From Candidatus Binatia bacterium (GTDB taxonomy: Bacteria > Desulfobacterota > Binatia > UBA9968 > JAJDTQ01): a stretch of 64,000 nucleotides of DNA. A model generated the notes under the pieces. The model was not told the origin of the DNA, ran no database searches, and saw nothing but the letters and a program-made list of their open reading frames with translations. The translations under genes were made by a program, and so were the position numbers. The stretch covers positions 3,731,330 to 3,795,329 of the forward strand of contig OX638375.1 of NCBI GenBank assembly GCA_951813575.1. The letters run 5' to 3'. The stretch's first letter is position 1. Every line of letters begins with the position of its first letter. Of the stretch, positions 18,828-27,791 are shown in pieces.

Positions 18828-19871
18828 CTACATTCCCCTGAACCAGACGTTGTTCGGGTCCAGGCTGAGAAGCGCCGGCGTGATGTCCGGGATGGCGGGA
18901 GTGCCGGTCATGATCATAACCCGCTTCAACTCGTCGGTGAGGATGGACAGCACCCGGGCCACGCCTTCCGGACCGGCGGCGCCGAGGCCCCAGCAGACGG
19001 GCCGTCCCAGCAGCACCGCCTGGGCGCCCAGGGCCAGGGCCTTGGCGATGTCGCCGCCCCGGCGGGCGCCGCTGTCGAGCAGCACCGGCACCCGGTCGCG
19101 GGCCGCGTCGACGATTTCCGGCAGGACCTCGATGGCGGCGCGATTGAAGTCGAGGATGCGCCCGCCGTGGTTGGACACCACCAGGCAGTCGGCGCCGGCG
19201 TCGATGGCGATGCGGGCGTCATCGGGATTCATGATCCCCTTCACCACCACGGGCACGGACACCTCGTTCTTGAGCCAGGTGACGTCGTCCGGCGACGACA
19301 GGTGCACCGTGCGGGGTTTTCCGTCCGAAGACATCGGCACCCGGTCTCTCAGCTTGGTGGGTTGCAGGGTGTCCATGGTCAGGCCCACGGCGGCGTAGCC
19401 GATCTCGTCTGCCCTGCGCACCGCGCTGAGCACCTTGTCCCGCCCCTTGCTGAGGTAGGCCATGTATACCAGGGGCGAGGAGATCCCCTCCGCCCACTGG
19501 TCTACGGTGGACTGCGTGGCGCCGCTGATGAACACCATGGTCCCGAACAGGCTGCCGCCTTCCGCCACCTCGTGCTCCCCGTTCTTGCGCAGCAGCCGGA
19601 AGCTGCCCACCGGTCCGATCAGCGCCGGCGACGGCAGCCTGTGGCCGAACAGCTCGATGGACGTATCCGGGTCGGTGACGTCGTGGAAGATCCGTTGCCG
19701 GAAGAGCAGCCGGTCCAACGCGGTCCGGTTCCGCTTCAGGGTGGATTCACTCTCGGCCGCGCCCATGACGTGCTCGATGGCCTCGGGCTTCACCCGGAGG
19801 CGGAACAGCGCATGAAGCTCGTCGAGGCTCAGTTGTTCCAGCGGTTTCTGTTCAAGCTTCTGAAGACTCAT
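18828..19871 (-). CDS. FMN-dependent alpha-hydroxy acid oxidase/dehydrogenase family
   Basis: [33 protein letters not shown]. Confidence 0.88.
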   Translation of the reverse strand: MSLQKLEQKPLEQLSLDELHALFRLRVKPEAIEHVMGAAESESTLKRNRTALDRLLFRQRIFHDVTDPDTSIELFGHRLPSPALIGPVGSFRLLRKNGEHEVAEGGSLFGTMVFISGATQSTVDQWAEGISSPLVYMAYLSKGRDKVLSAVRRADEIGYAAVGLTMDTLQPTKLRDRVPMSSDGKPRTVHLSSPDDVTWLKNEVSVPVVVKGIMNPDDARIAIDAGADCLVVSNHGGRILDFNRAAIEVLPEIVDAARDRVPVLLDSGARRGGDIAKALALGAQAVLLGRPVCWGLGAAGPEGVARVLSILTDELKRVMIMTGTPAIPDITPALLSLDPNNVWFRGM

Positions 19872-19916
19872 GGTTCCTCCCGGGAAAGAATGCAGGAACG
19901 AATCCTGGAATTAACC

Positions 19917-20936
19917 TCAGAATTCATCAATTATCCGGAACTGCAGCAACAGGGTCCTCTGGAACGGCAGGAAGTTGTTGTCGGACACCAGGTAGAGCAG
20001 CCTCCGTCCCGCGCGGTCCCGTCTCAAGGAGAGCCCCTCGAAGTTGTCCACCGGCAACGGATGCGTCAGATCCGCCACGGGCTCTCCGCGGATACGGATC
20101 CCGGCGCGCCGGCGGGCCTCCCGCAGACGGTCTTTCGGCAGCCGGACGATCCGCGCGCGCCTCCCCGACAGGGTGAAGCGGCGTTCGAGCAGCAGCACTC
20201 CCCCGTCGGGCATGGCGGCCAGGTCCGTGGGCTGGAGGCCGCTGGCCGGTACGTAGGCGATCTCATGGGCTCCGCCCGCCCCCATGAGCCAGCCCTTGAG
20301 GCTGCCATCTTCGTTGCCGTGCCGTTCGGTGACGCCAAGGACCGTGCCGTCTGGCAGCGCGGTGATGCCTTCGAGCCCTCCGTTGGCGGGCGCATTCTTG
20401 AGGGCGCGGGGCGTTGCCACCCGCCTGGGAGGCGCATCGAAAGCCGCCGGATATCGCCAGATCCGGTGGCGCCCTTCGAACGAAACCAGGAAGGCGTCGC
20501 CGGCGATTCGCGCCAGCCCTTCGGCGTCCCGCTGGCGGCCTCGGACGGGCTTGCCGGCGGGAGTCAGCATGGGAGCGTCGCGCCACGAAACGGTGCCCAC
20601 CAGACGCCCGGCGTCGTCGTGGACGAGGTCCGCAGTTATCCAGCGGCCGCGGTCGGAGACGGCCCGGAGCCAGCGCCCGTCCGCACTGACGTCCAGACCG
20701 GAAAGCCCGCCGAACCGCGGGTGCTCCGACACCAGTTCGAAGCCGCTCATGAACACCAGCTTGCCGACCGTACTCAGGTCCGGCCGTTCCGGGTCCAGCG
20801 CCACCGGCACCGCCTTCACCGCCATCATCCCGGCGGAAACGCCGCCGGTCAGGGCGAGCAGCAGCGCCAGCGCATGCGCATGCGCCGCCGCGAGCGCCGG
20901 CCCAATCCGCCGCGCGTTCGGGCATCCGCGAATCAC
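19917..20936 (-). CDS. Exported esterase-like/phytase-like beta-propeller protein
   Basis: FGGLSG, DAEGL, NGGLEG, DNFEG, LVSDNNF; GTG start overlaps the folK stop. Confidence 0.8.
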   Translation of the reverse strand: MIRGCPNARRIGPALAAAHAHALALLLALTGGVSAGMMAVKAVPVALDPERPDLSTVGKLVFMSGFELVSEHPRFGGLSGLDVSADGRWLRAVSDRGRWITADLVHDDAGRLVGTVSWRDAPMLTPAGKPVRGRQRDAEGLARIAGDAFLVSFEGRHRIWRYPAAFDAPPRRVATPRALKNAPANGGLEGITALPDGTVLGVTERHGNEDGSLKGWLMGAGGAHEIAYVPASGLQPTDLAAMPDGGVLLLERRFTLSGRRARIVRLPKDRLREARRRAGIRIRGEPVADLTHPLPVDNFEGLSLRRDRAGRRLLYLVSDNNFLPFQRTLLLQFRIIDEF

Positions 20937-21316
20937 AGCTTCAAGTCCGGCAGCACCGCCAGCACGGCGTGGCGCAGATAGTCCCGGGTGTAGAGGTCCG
21001 GATCGATGACCTCGCCGTTCCACACGACGATGTCGAGATCGATGGTCCGTGGCCCGTACCGGTTCAAACCGGGCCGGCGTCCGAGCGTGACCTCGATGGC
21101 CTTGAGGTCGGCTTTCAGCCGTTCGCGGTCCGCGCGGGTCTCCAGCAACAGGGCGCCGTTGGTGAAGTCCGGCTGGTCGGCATGGCCGACGGGGCTTGTC
21201 TCCACCAGGGGCGATTCGGCGAGGATGACGTGACGTTCGGCTATCCGTTCCCGGGCCATGGGCACGTTGACCTGGGGCTCGATGTTGGACCCGACCCCGA
21301 TGACGGCTCGGTTCAT
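20933..21316 (-). CDS. folK: 2-amino-4-hydroxy-6-hydroxymethyldihydropteridine diphosphokinase
   Basis: IGVGSNI, ETSPVG..DQPDFTNG, GPRTIDLDI. Confidence 0.92.
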   Translation of the reverse strand: MNRAVIGVGSNIEPQVNVPMARERIAERHVILAESPLVETSPVGHADQPDFTNGALLLETRADRERLKADLKAIEVTLGRRPGLNRYGPRTIDLDIVVWNGEVIDPDLYTRDYLRHAVLAVLPDLKL

Positions 21317-21696
21317 GCCGCTCCGGCCCCCGCCCTTTCGGCCGAGCATTCCACGGAAACGGAATCGGTGAAGCGGAGGGCCGCCGGCTTGGCCACCCGG
21401 ACCCGTGCGCGCCGGACCCGGTCGTCTTCCATCACCAGCCCCAGCAGGTGGTCGCACAGCTTCTCGAGGAGAAAGAACGACGACCGCTCCACTTCGGCGA
21501 TGAGCCGTTTGTTCAGCCGCTTGTAGTCCACGGTCTCGTCGATGGCGTCGCGGGTGAACACCGTTCCCGGCGCCAGCTCCAGCTCCACGTTGACGACCAC
21601 GTCCTGTCCGGTCTCGCGCTCCCACTCGTTGATGCCGATGATGGTGCGGAGCCGCAGGTTCTCGATGGTGATCTTGACCGGATTTCGCTGGATCAT
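21313..21696 (-). CDS. folX: FolB/FolX-fold protein, FolX-like (dihydroneopterin triphosphate epimerase or aldolase)
   Basis: IENLRLRTIIGINEWE, FLLEKL and ALRFTDSVSV resemble FolX more than FolB. Confidence 0.65.
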   Translation of the reverse strand: MIQRNPVKITIENLRLRTIIGINEWERETGQDVVVNVELELAPGTVFTRDAIDETVDYKRLNKRLIAEVERSSFFLLEKLCDHLLGLVMEDDRVRRARVRVAKPAALRFTDSVSVECSAERAGAGAA

Positions 21697-21712
21697 GAGA
21701 CCCCGGAACGCG

Positions 21713-22444
21713 TTACAGGTGCTCCCCGCCGTCGACGTGGATGCTCTCGCCGGTGACGAAGGGGTTGTTCAACAGGAACCGCACGGCGGCGACCAAGTTA
21801 TCCGTGTCGCCGGTGCGTTTCAAGGGCAGGGCCTGGCTCCGCCGCTCGAGTTCGTCCACCACTCCCCCGGGCGGCGGCAGGATCATGCCCGGTGAGATCC
21901 CGTTGACCCGGATGGCGGGGCCCAGCTCCCGGGCGGCCATCTTCGTCAGCTCGAGGAGCATTTTCTTCGACAGCGTGTAGGCTGCGTGGTGGGGGTCGGA
22001 GCGGCTCACGCGCGTGTCGAGGATATTGATGACCTGGCCCCCGGCGCGGCTTTCGGCGAACGCCTGGATGAGAAAGAAGGGCGCCTTGAGGTTGATGTTG
22101 AAATGCCGCTCGAACAGGTCGCGCCCGGTTTCCCGCAGGGTGCCGCGTTCGAAGATGGAGGCGTTGTTGACCAGCACGTCGAGGTTGGGGAAATGCTCAC
22201 GCACCGCGGGGACCAGGGCGCTCGTCTCCCGGTGATCGTTGAGGTCGCAGCGGAACAGCCGGCACCGGCGCCCCAGCGCCTCGATCTCTCCCGCGACGCG
22301 TTCGGCTGGCTCCGCGGAGCTGAAGTAGTGAAGCGCGACGTCGTATCCGTCCCGGGCCAACGCCCGCGCGACGGCGGCGCCGATGCGCCGGGCTCCGCCG
22401 GTGACGAGGGCGGCCCCCTTCGGCGTGGACATGCCGGTCATCAT
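21713..22444 (-). CDS. folM: SDR pteridine reductase (FolM/PTR1-like)
   Basis: TGGARRIG, NNASIF, YTLSK, VNGISPG. Confidence 0.8.
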   Translation of the reverse strand: MMTGMSTPKGAALVTGGARRIGAAVARALARDGYDVALHYFSSAEPAERVAGEIEALGRRCRLFRCDLNDHRETSALVPAVREHFPNLDVLVNNASIFERGTLRETGRDLFERHFNINLKAPFFLIQAFAESRAGGQVINILDTRVSRSDPHHAAYTLSKKMLLELTKMAARELGPAIRVNGISPGMILPPPGGVVDELERRSQALPLKRTGDTDNLVAAVRFLLNNPFVTGESIHVDGGEHL

Positions 22445-22488
22445 ACCCCGTTCGCGGCGGACCCACCACCGGCCCTGCGCCGCAAACT

Positions 22489-22517
22489 TTGACAGCCGCT
22501 TCGGCGGGTGCTAGCGT
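22489..22517 (+). promoter_or_regulatory. Sigma-70-type promoter, probably leaderless
   Basis: TTGACA-N17-TAGCGT ending 7 nt before the GTG at 22525. Confidence 0.55.
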
Positions 22518-22524
22518 CCGGACC

Positions 22525-23358
22525 GTGACCCCGATACCCGAAATCGAGGAGATCGTCGGGAAGTATCGCGCCGGCGAGGCCGAGGTGGCGCGGCGTTTCT
22601 TCGAGGAGAAGCGGCCGTTGGGCCAGCATCTGGAGTGGCTCCGTTTCCAGGTGGCGCGGGAGGCCAGGAACCTGGAGGAGATCGCCTCCCATCAGCGGTG
22701 CGAGCTGGTGGAGAAGGTGGACCGGTCCGTGTCCCGGGAAACGCTGGTGGACCAGCTCACCGAGGACTATCAGGAGGTCCGCCACTACGGCATGCTCGCC
22801 TACATCTACGAGGGCATCAGCGGCGAGAGGGTGCAGTGGCGCGAGCTTCGGGAAGCCGCGCAACAGGCGCCGTGGTACGAGGCGTCGCGGCGGGAGCACC
22901 GGCGGTGGGCGGAGCTCGAGGCCGGCGGGTCGGAGCTGGAGCTAGCGGCGGCGCTCTTTACCCGCGGCGGGGGCGGCTCGCTGTTCTACGGCATGATCCC
23001 GCTCCGGGGCGGCGACTACGAGGAGGCCCTTTCGCGCGCGTCGAAGACCATCCTGCGGGACGAGATCGAGCACGGCGCCTCGGAAGGGAGGGAGGACCTG
23101 TACCGGCTGATCCGCGGCGGAGACGATGTCGAGACCGCCTCGAGGATCATCGCGGAGATGGGCGCGATCCGGCTGGAGATGCGGAACGAGCAGTACGGCC
23201 GGCCCATGCCGGCGGCGCGCCTGCGGGAGATCCGCGAGGGTGAAATCGAGTCCGTGACCATGGAGGCGATGCTGGCGTCCTGCCCGCGGAACGGCGAGGA
23301 CTGGTTCGAGTGGTATCATCAACGGCCGAAGCCGCTTTCCGCGGCATCGGTACTCTGA
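22525..23358 (+). CDS. Ferritin-like (diiron-type) protein of unknown function
   Basis: All-helical with two ExxH motifs (QEVRH, DEIEH). Confidence 0.6.
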   Translation: MTPIPEIEEIVGKYRAGEAEVARRFFEEKRPLGQHLEWLRFQVAREARNLEEIASHQRCELVEKVDRSVSRETLVDQLTEDYQEVRHYGMLAYIYEGISGERVQWRELREAAQQAPWYEASRREHRRWAELEAGGSELELAAALFTRGGGGSLFYGMIPLRGGDYEEALSRASKTILRDEIEHGASEGREDLYRLIRGGDDVETASRIIAEMGAIRLEMRNEQYGRPMPAARLREIREGEIESVTMEAMLASCPRNGEDWFEWYHQRPKPLSAASVL

Positions 23359-23399
23359 CGCGGCCGGGTTCGACCCACAGCCGCCCAAGGGGAGATGCC

Positions 23400-23780
23400 G
23401 TGGACGCGCTCGAAGTACTGGCGGTCATCTTTGCCGTCATCGTTCTGTTGAAATTCGCCGGGTTGCTGATCTCCCCGGTGTCGTGGATGGATACCGCCGG
23501 GGCCATGCTGAAGCATCCCCGTGCCTGCACGTGGGTCTACGCCGTGCTCGCCGCGGTGGTGGGATACCTGGTCTTTGTCCGCATGGATGTCGTCGAAGTG
23601 GTTTCGGTGATGCTGCTCACTTCCTTGCTGATGGGGGTGGCGCTGGGTCCCTACTCCCGGACCCTCCTCAGGCTCGGCCGGGAGATGGCCGGCGAAGGGT
23701 TCGGCCGGTTGTGGCCGTCCCTGGTCATCTGGACGGTCATCGCCGTTTGGGCGCTCTATGAGGTTCTAGTCTCCGGGTAA
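23400..23780 (+). CDS. Small integral membrane protein (about 4 TM)
   Basis: Four hydrophobic segments; GGAGA SD before the GTG. Confidence 0.7.
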   Translation: MDALEVLAVIFAVIVLLKFAGLLISPVSWMDTAGAMLKHPRACTWVYAVLAAVVGYLVFVRMDVVEVVSVMLLTSLLMGVALGPYSRTLLRLGREMAGEGFGRLWPSLVIWTVIAVWALYEVLVSG

Positions 23781-23797
23781 CAAGGATCGGAGAGCTT

Positions 23798-24643
23798 ATG
23801 CAGATCAAGACAGTCACGCTGTTGCATCCCGGCAACATGGGCGCCACCGTCGGCGCAGCCGTGCAGGGCGCCCGGGTGCTGTGGGTTGCCGCCGGACGGA
23901 GCGAAGGCACCCGACAAAGGGCCTCCAAAGCCGGTCTGGCGGATATGGCGACCCTGGCTGACGCCGTGGGCGAGAGCGATGCGGTGTTGTCCGTGTGCCC
24001 GCCCCATGCGGCCGAGGATGTGGCGGAGAGCGTGGCCGGACTGGGCTTTGGCGGGTTGTACGTGGACGCCAACGCCGTGTCCCGGGCCACCGCTCAAAAG
24101 GTGGGGGGGACCGTCGGCAAGGCCGGGGCGACCTTCGTCGACGGAGCCATCATCGGCCCTCCGGTGACCAAACCGGGAAGGACGCGCCTCTATCTTTCGG
24201 GCGCCGGGGCGGAGGGTGTAGCGAAGCTGTTCTCGGGGAGCATGCTCGATGCCCGGGTCATCGAGGGCGGCCTGGGCGCCGCCTCCGCGCTCAAGATGAC
24301 CTACGCCGCCTGGACCAAGGGCAGCGACGCGCTGATCCTGGCCATCCGCGCGCTGGCGGCGCGGGAAGGGGTGGAGGAGGCCCTGCTCCAGGAATGGGCG
24401 GGGTCCCAGCCCAACCTTCCCGGCAAGAGCGAGCGCGCCGCCTCCGTGGCGGCGCCCAAGGGCTGGCGCTACGTGGGTGAGATGGAGGAGATTGCCGCGA
24501 GCTTCGAAGCGGCCGGGCTCCCCGCTGGCTTCCACAAGGCCGCCGCCGACCTCTACCGCCGGCTGGCCCCGTTCAAGGACCGCGCCGACCCCGGCCCCGA
24601 GGTCAAGGAAGTCCTTGACGCCCTCCAGGATCCAGGCTCCTAG
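23798..24643 (+). CDS. NAD(P)-dependent oxidoreductase (6PGD NAD-binding plus DUF1932)
   Basis: LLHPGNMG, VLSVCPP, YVDANAVS, ASALKMTYAAWTKG, KGWRYVGEMEEIA. Confidence 0.85.
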   Translation: MQIKTVTLLHPGNMGATVGAAVQGARVLWVAAGRSEGTRQRASKAGLADMATLADAVGESDAVLSVCPPHAAEDVAESVAGLGFGGLYVDANAVSRATAQKVGGTVGKAGATFVDGAIIGPPVTKPGRTRLYLSGAGAEGVAKLFSGSMLDARVIEGGLGAASALKMTYAAWTKGSDALILAIRALAAREGVEEALLQEWAGSQPNLPGKSERAASVAAPKGWRYVGEMEEIAASFEAAGLPAGFHKAAADLYRRLAPFKDRADPGPEVKEVLDALQDPGS

Positions 24644-26268
24644 TGGTCCTCTTCTTCGACCTCGCTGGCCTTGACGCGCCGTGACTTGAGTTTCTCGCCG
24701 GTCTCGAAGTAGCGTCCCTCCACCGCCAGCTTGGCTTCCTCGTCCAGCTCGTCGTCCCACTGGCCCAGGGAATAGCCGTACCACGGCATCTTGGGCTTGA
24801 GAGGCGGCAGCATGAACTCCTCCCACAGCTCCCGGGCGTGCTCCATGTACTCCCGCTTGGGCAGCGACACCGGCGGGAAGGGTTCTTTCTGGATGGCATT
24901 GCACAGCATGCCCGACTCGTCCGCCGGCAGGTGGTAGGACACCACGTCCGTGCCCTTGTGATCGTCCTTGTACAGGAACGGCGGGGCGTGGCCCTTTTCC
25001 ATGCCGCCGATGATCTGCACGTCCTGGTGGGGCTTCATGCGGTAGCACATGGCCCAGAACACCGCCGCCTCGTCCGACGGATCGATGTCCTCGTCCACGG
25101 CGATGACGATCTTGCCGACGCCGGGGTGGAACGACGACGCGGCGTGGAGCGCGCGCCACACCTCGGCTTCCTTGGGCTTGCGCATCTGCACGATGACCAG
25201 CTTGTAGGTGTTGGTCAGGGGCTCGTGCATCTCCACCCGGATGACGCTGGTGATGCGGCAGTGGTCTCTCAGGTGCACCAGCATGAGCCGGTCGTAGCCG
25301 ATCTTGCGGATGACCGACGATTCGCTGGGGGTGAGCTGGCTGAGCCATGAGACGTAGATGGCGTTCTTCCGGTGAGTGATGGCGGTGACGTCCATGAACG
25401 GGTTCAACTGCCGCGGGTGCATGTAGCCGTGGGACTCGCCGAACGGTCCCTCGGGCTCCACGAACTCGGTGTTGAGGTGCCCTTCGATGACGATCTCGGA
25501 CTCCGCCGGCACCTGCAGGTCCACGGTCTTGCACTGGGCCATGCGGATGGGCTCGCCCACGAAGCCGCCGGCGATGGCCATCTCGTCCACGCCGTAGTCG
25601 ACCTTCTGCACCGAGACGTAGGAGACCACCGGCGGGGCGCCGATGACCAGGGCCGCCTCCAGCGGCTCGCCGCGCTTCTGGGCGTTCTTCCAGTGCAGGT
25701 AGATGTCCTGCCCCAGTCCGGACGGAAACACGCCCACGCGGGTGTTCGACTTGATCTGGCCCCGGTAGTTGCCGATGTTGCCGATGCCGGTCTCCGGGTC
25801 CTTGGTGATCCAGTGGGAGCAGGTGGTGTAGGGGCCGTTGTCGAACCCGGGGGTGGAGATGGGGACCGGGAACTTGTCCAGCCCTTCGTTCTCCACGGCA
25901 TCGCCCGTCATCACCACTTCATGGCACGCCGGGTCGGCCACCACCTGGGGCTTGATGGGATTGGAGAGGGCATGCTTCCACTTCGCGTCCATCTCGTCGG
26001 CGCTGTTGCAGCCCATGCCCAGGAAGTAGATGGCCCTGCTGCCGGCCAGCGCCCCCACCACCACGGGAAAGTCGAATTTGCGCCCGCGGGCGTCCGTGAC
26101 GTTGGAGAAGTACCACGCCTTGCGGTCCTCGTCGGGGATGCCGCCGCGGTACTGCCAGCGCACCAGCGGATGCAGCTCGGTGTCCTTGTTGATGGTCTGG
26201 TTGATGCGGCGCAGGTGCCCCGCCTCTTCGAGCATCCTCAGATGCTCATGTAGATCTGCATAACCCAT
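24640..26268 (-). CDS. UbiD-family (prFMN-dependent) decarboxylase
   Basis: DLHEHLRMLEEAG, NIGNYRGQ, AESEIVIEG, EPEGPFGESHGY. Confidence 0.9.
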   Translation of the reverse strand: MGYADLHEHLRMLEEAGHLRRINQTINKDTELHPLVRWQYRGGIPDEDRKAWYFSNVTDARGRKFDFPVVVGALAGSRAIYFLGMGCNSADEMDAKWKHALSNPIKPQVVADPACHEVVMTGDAVENEGLDKFPVPISTPGFDNGPYTTCSHWITKDPETGIGNIGNYRGQIKSNTRVGVFPSGLGQDIYLHWKNAQKRGEPLEAALVIGAPPVVSYVSVQKVDYGVDEMAIAGGFVGEPIRMAQCKTVDLQVPAESEIVIEGHLNTEFVEPEGPFGESHGYMHPRQLNPFMDVTAITHRKNAIYVSWLSQLTPSESSVIRKIGYDRLMLVHLRDHCRITSVIRVEMHEPLTNTYKLVIVQMRKPKEAEVWRALHAASSFHPGVGKIVIAVDEDIDPSDEAAVFWAMCYRMKPHQDVQIIGGMEKGHAPPFLYKDDHKGTDVVSYHLPADESGMLCNAIQKEPFPPVSLPKREYMEHARELWEEFMLPPLKPKMPWYGYSLGQWDDELDEEAKLAVEGRYFETGEKLKSRRVKASEVEEEDH

Positions 26269-26517
26269 TAGCTGCCTCCTGTTCGCGTCGATTTCTCGGA
26301 ATGTCGCGGTGAGTTCCCGTAACCCCGTGCGGCACAAGCCCGGATAGCGGGGCTCCAGGCGATCGGCGGAAAGAAACGGATGGCTCTCGTGCGAAGACTG
26401 AAAATAGCCGATGGGGTCGGACCCTGTCAAACCGCGTGCCCCGGCGGTGTCCCCGGGTGCGGAACGGGCCAACAGCGGAGGGTGCAGGCACTGTATTTGC
26501 GTCACCGTTGAAGCGTC

Positions 26518-26546
26518 TTGAGTGAACTTGGGGAAAGCGCTAGGGT
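26518..26546 (+). promoter_or_regulatory. Candidate promoter of the DUF4160 operon
   Basis: TTGAGT-N17-TAGGGT. Confidence 0.4.
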
Positions 26547-26576
26547 GGACAGAGCCGGTCCATCACTCGATGGCGG

Positions 26577-26813
26577 ATGCCTACGATACTGAGGCAGGGG
26601 CCGTACCGGTTCTTCTTCTACTCCAGCGATGGTGAGGAGCCCCGTCATGTGCATGTGGAGCGAGACGACAATGTGGCGAAGTCCTGGCTTGCCCCTGTTC
26701 GTTTGCAGACAATCGGCGGGTTTCGTCCAGCGGAAATCAGGCGTATTGCCGGTATTGTCGAGGACCATCGAAGGGAATTGGTAGAGGCGTGGAATGAGTA
26801 TTTCGGCAGTTGA
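26577..26813 (+). CDS. DUF4160-family protein (predicted toxin)
   Basis: MPTILRQGPYRFFFYSSDGEEPRHVHV...AKSWL...EAWNEYFG. Confidence 0.88.
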   Translation: MPTILRQGPYRFFFYSSDGEEPRHVHVERDDNVAKSWLAPVRLQTIGGFRPAEIRRIAGIVEDHRRELVEAWNEYFGS

Positions 26814-27747
26814 GACGAAAATGCCGAACGCCGTAAGCGTAGAAGTGTCCGGGAATGCGCTGGGCGTCAAGTTGAGCGATGGCAGGACGGTCTCTATTCC
26901 TGTGGACCAGTATCCGAGGCTTGCCTATGCCACGAAGCAAGAGAGGGCCAACTGGCGAATCATCGGTAGAGGTTACGGGATTCACTGGGAAGACCTTGAC
27001 GAAGACATAAGCGTGGAGGGTTTGCAGGCTGGCAATCGATCCGGGGAGAGCAAAACTTCCCTGACGGGCTGGCTAAGGGCGAGGCATCAACCGAAGTTCC
27101 ATCCCTGGCAGGGAGAAGGCTACGGCAGGGTAAATGACTTCGGCCTGCCGGCCAATCTCTTGATCCTCGGAGAATCCCACTACGGGAACCCCAGCGACTG
27201 GGGCCGCTGGCACGGCCAACCCACGGTCGGCGTAGTCCGCGAATACTGTAGAGGCGGCGGTTACTCTTTCTTCACAAAACTCATGCGCACGGTTCTGGGA
27301 CCCGACACTCCCGCGGACACGTCTGAACAGAGGACCGGGTTCTTCGAGTCCGTTGCGTTCTACAACTATGTCCAGTGCAGTGTCGGCAACGCTCCCGACA
27401 TACCTCCGACCCAAGAGGTGTGGGACGAGGCAGCAACTCCGTTTCGCACGACTTTGGAGTCATTGCGCCCAACGCACATCCTGGCGTGTGGAATGAGGTT
27501 GTGGGGCAACATGCCGGGGGCCGAGGAGGTCTGGTCGCCGCCGCCGAAGCCGCTGGTACACTGGTTCGACCCGTTCGACCCCATCGATTTCCCGACACGC
27601 TGGCCGCCTGAGAGTCTTTTGGGTTGTTACCTCCATGCTGAAGGGCAGAGCTTGGTTCTCGCCATCCATCATCCTTCCTGGAAGCGCTATCAACCGAGTG
27701 CCTGGCATCCGGTGGTGAAGCGGTTCCTGGAATACAGTGTCGGATAA
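26794..27747 (+). CDS. DUF2442 domain fused to a uracil-DNA-glycosylase-like domain
   Basis: N-term VKLSDGR...YPRL...GIHWEDLDEDISVEGL; C-term ILGESHY, FYNYVQ, LRPTHILACG, AIHHPS. Confidence 0.7.
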   Translation: MSISAVETKMPNAVSVEVSGNALGVKLSDGRTVSIPVDQYPRLAYATKQERANWRIIGRGYGIHWEDLDEDISVEGLQAGNRSGESKTSLTGWLRARHQPKFHPWQGEGYGRVNDFGLPANLLILGESHYGNPSDWGRWHGQPTVGVVREYCRGGGYSFFTKLMRTVLGPDTPADTSEQRTGFFESVAFYNYVQCSVGNAPDIPPTQEVWDEAATPFRTTLESLRPTHILACGMRLWGNMPGAEEVWSPPPKPLVHWFDPFDPIDFPTRWPPESLLGCYLHAEGQSLVLAIHHPSWKRYQPSAWHPVVKRFLEYSVG

Positions 27748-27791
27748 GCTCCCAGACGGGCGGTTCTCAGTTACACACACGGAGTTCACCC

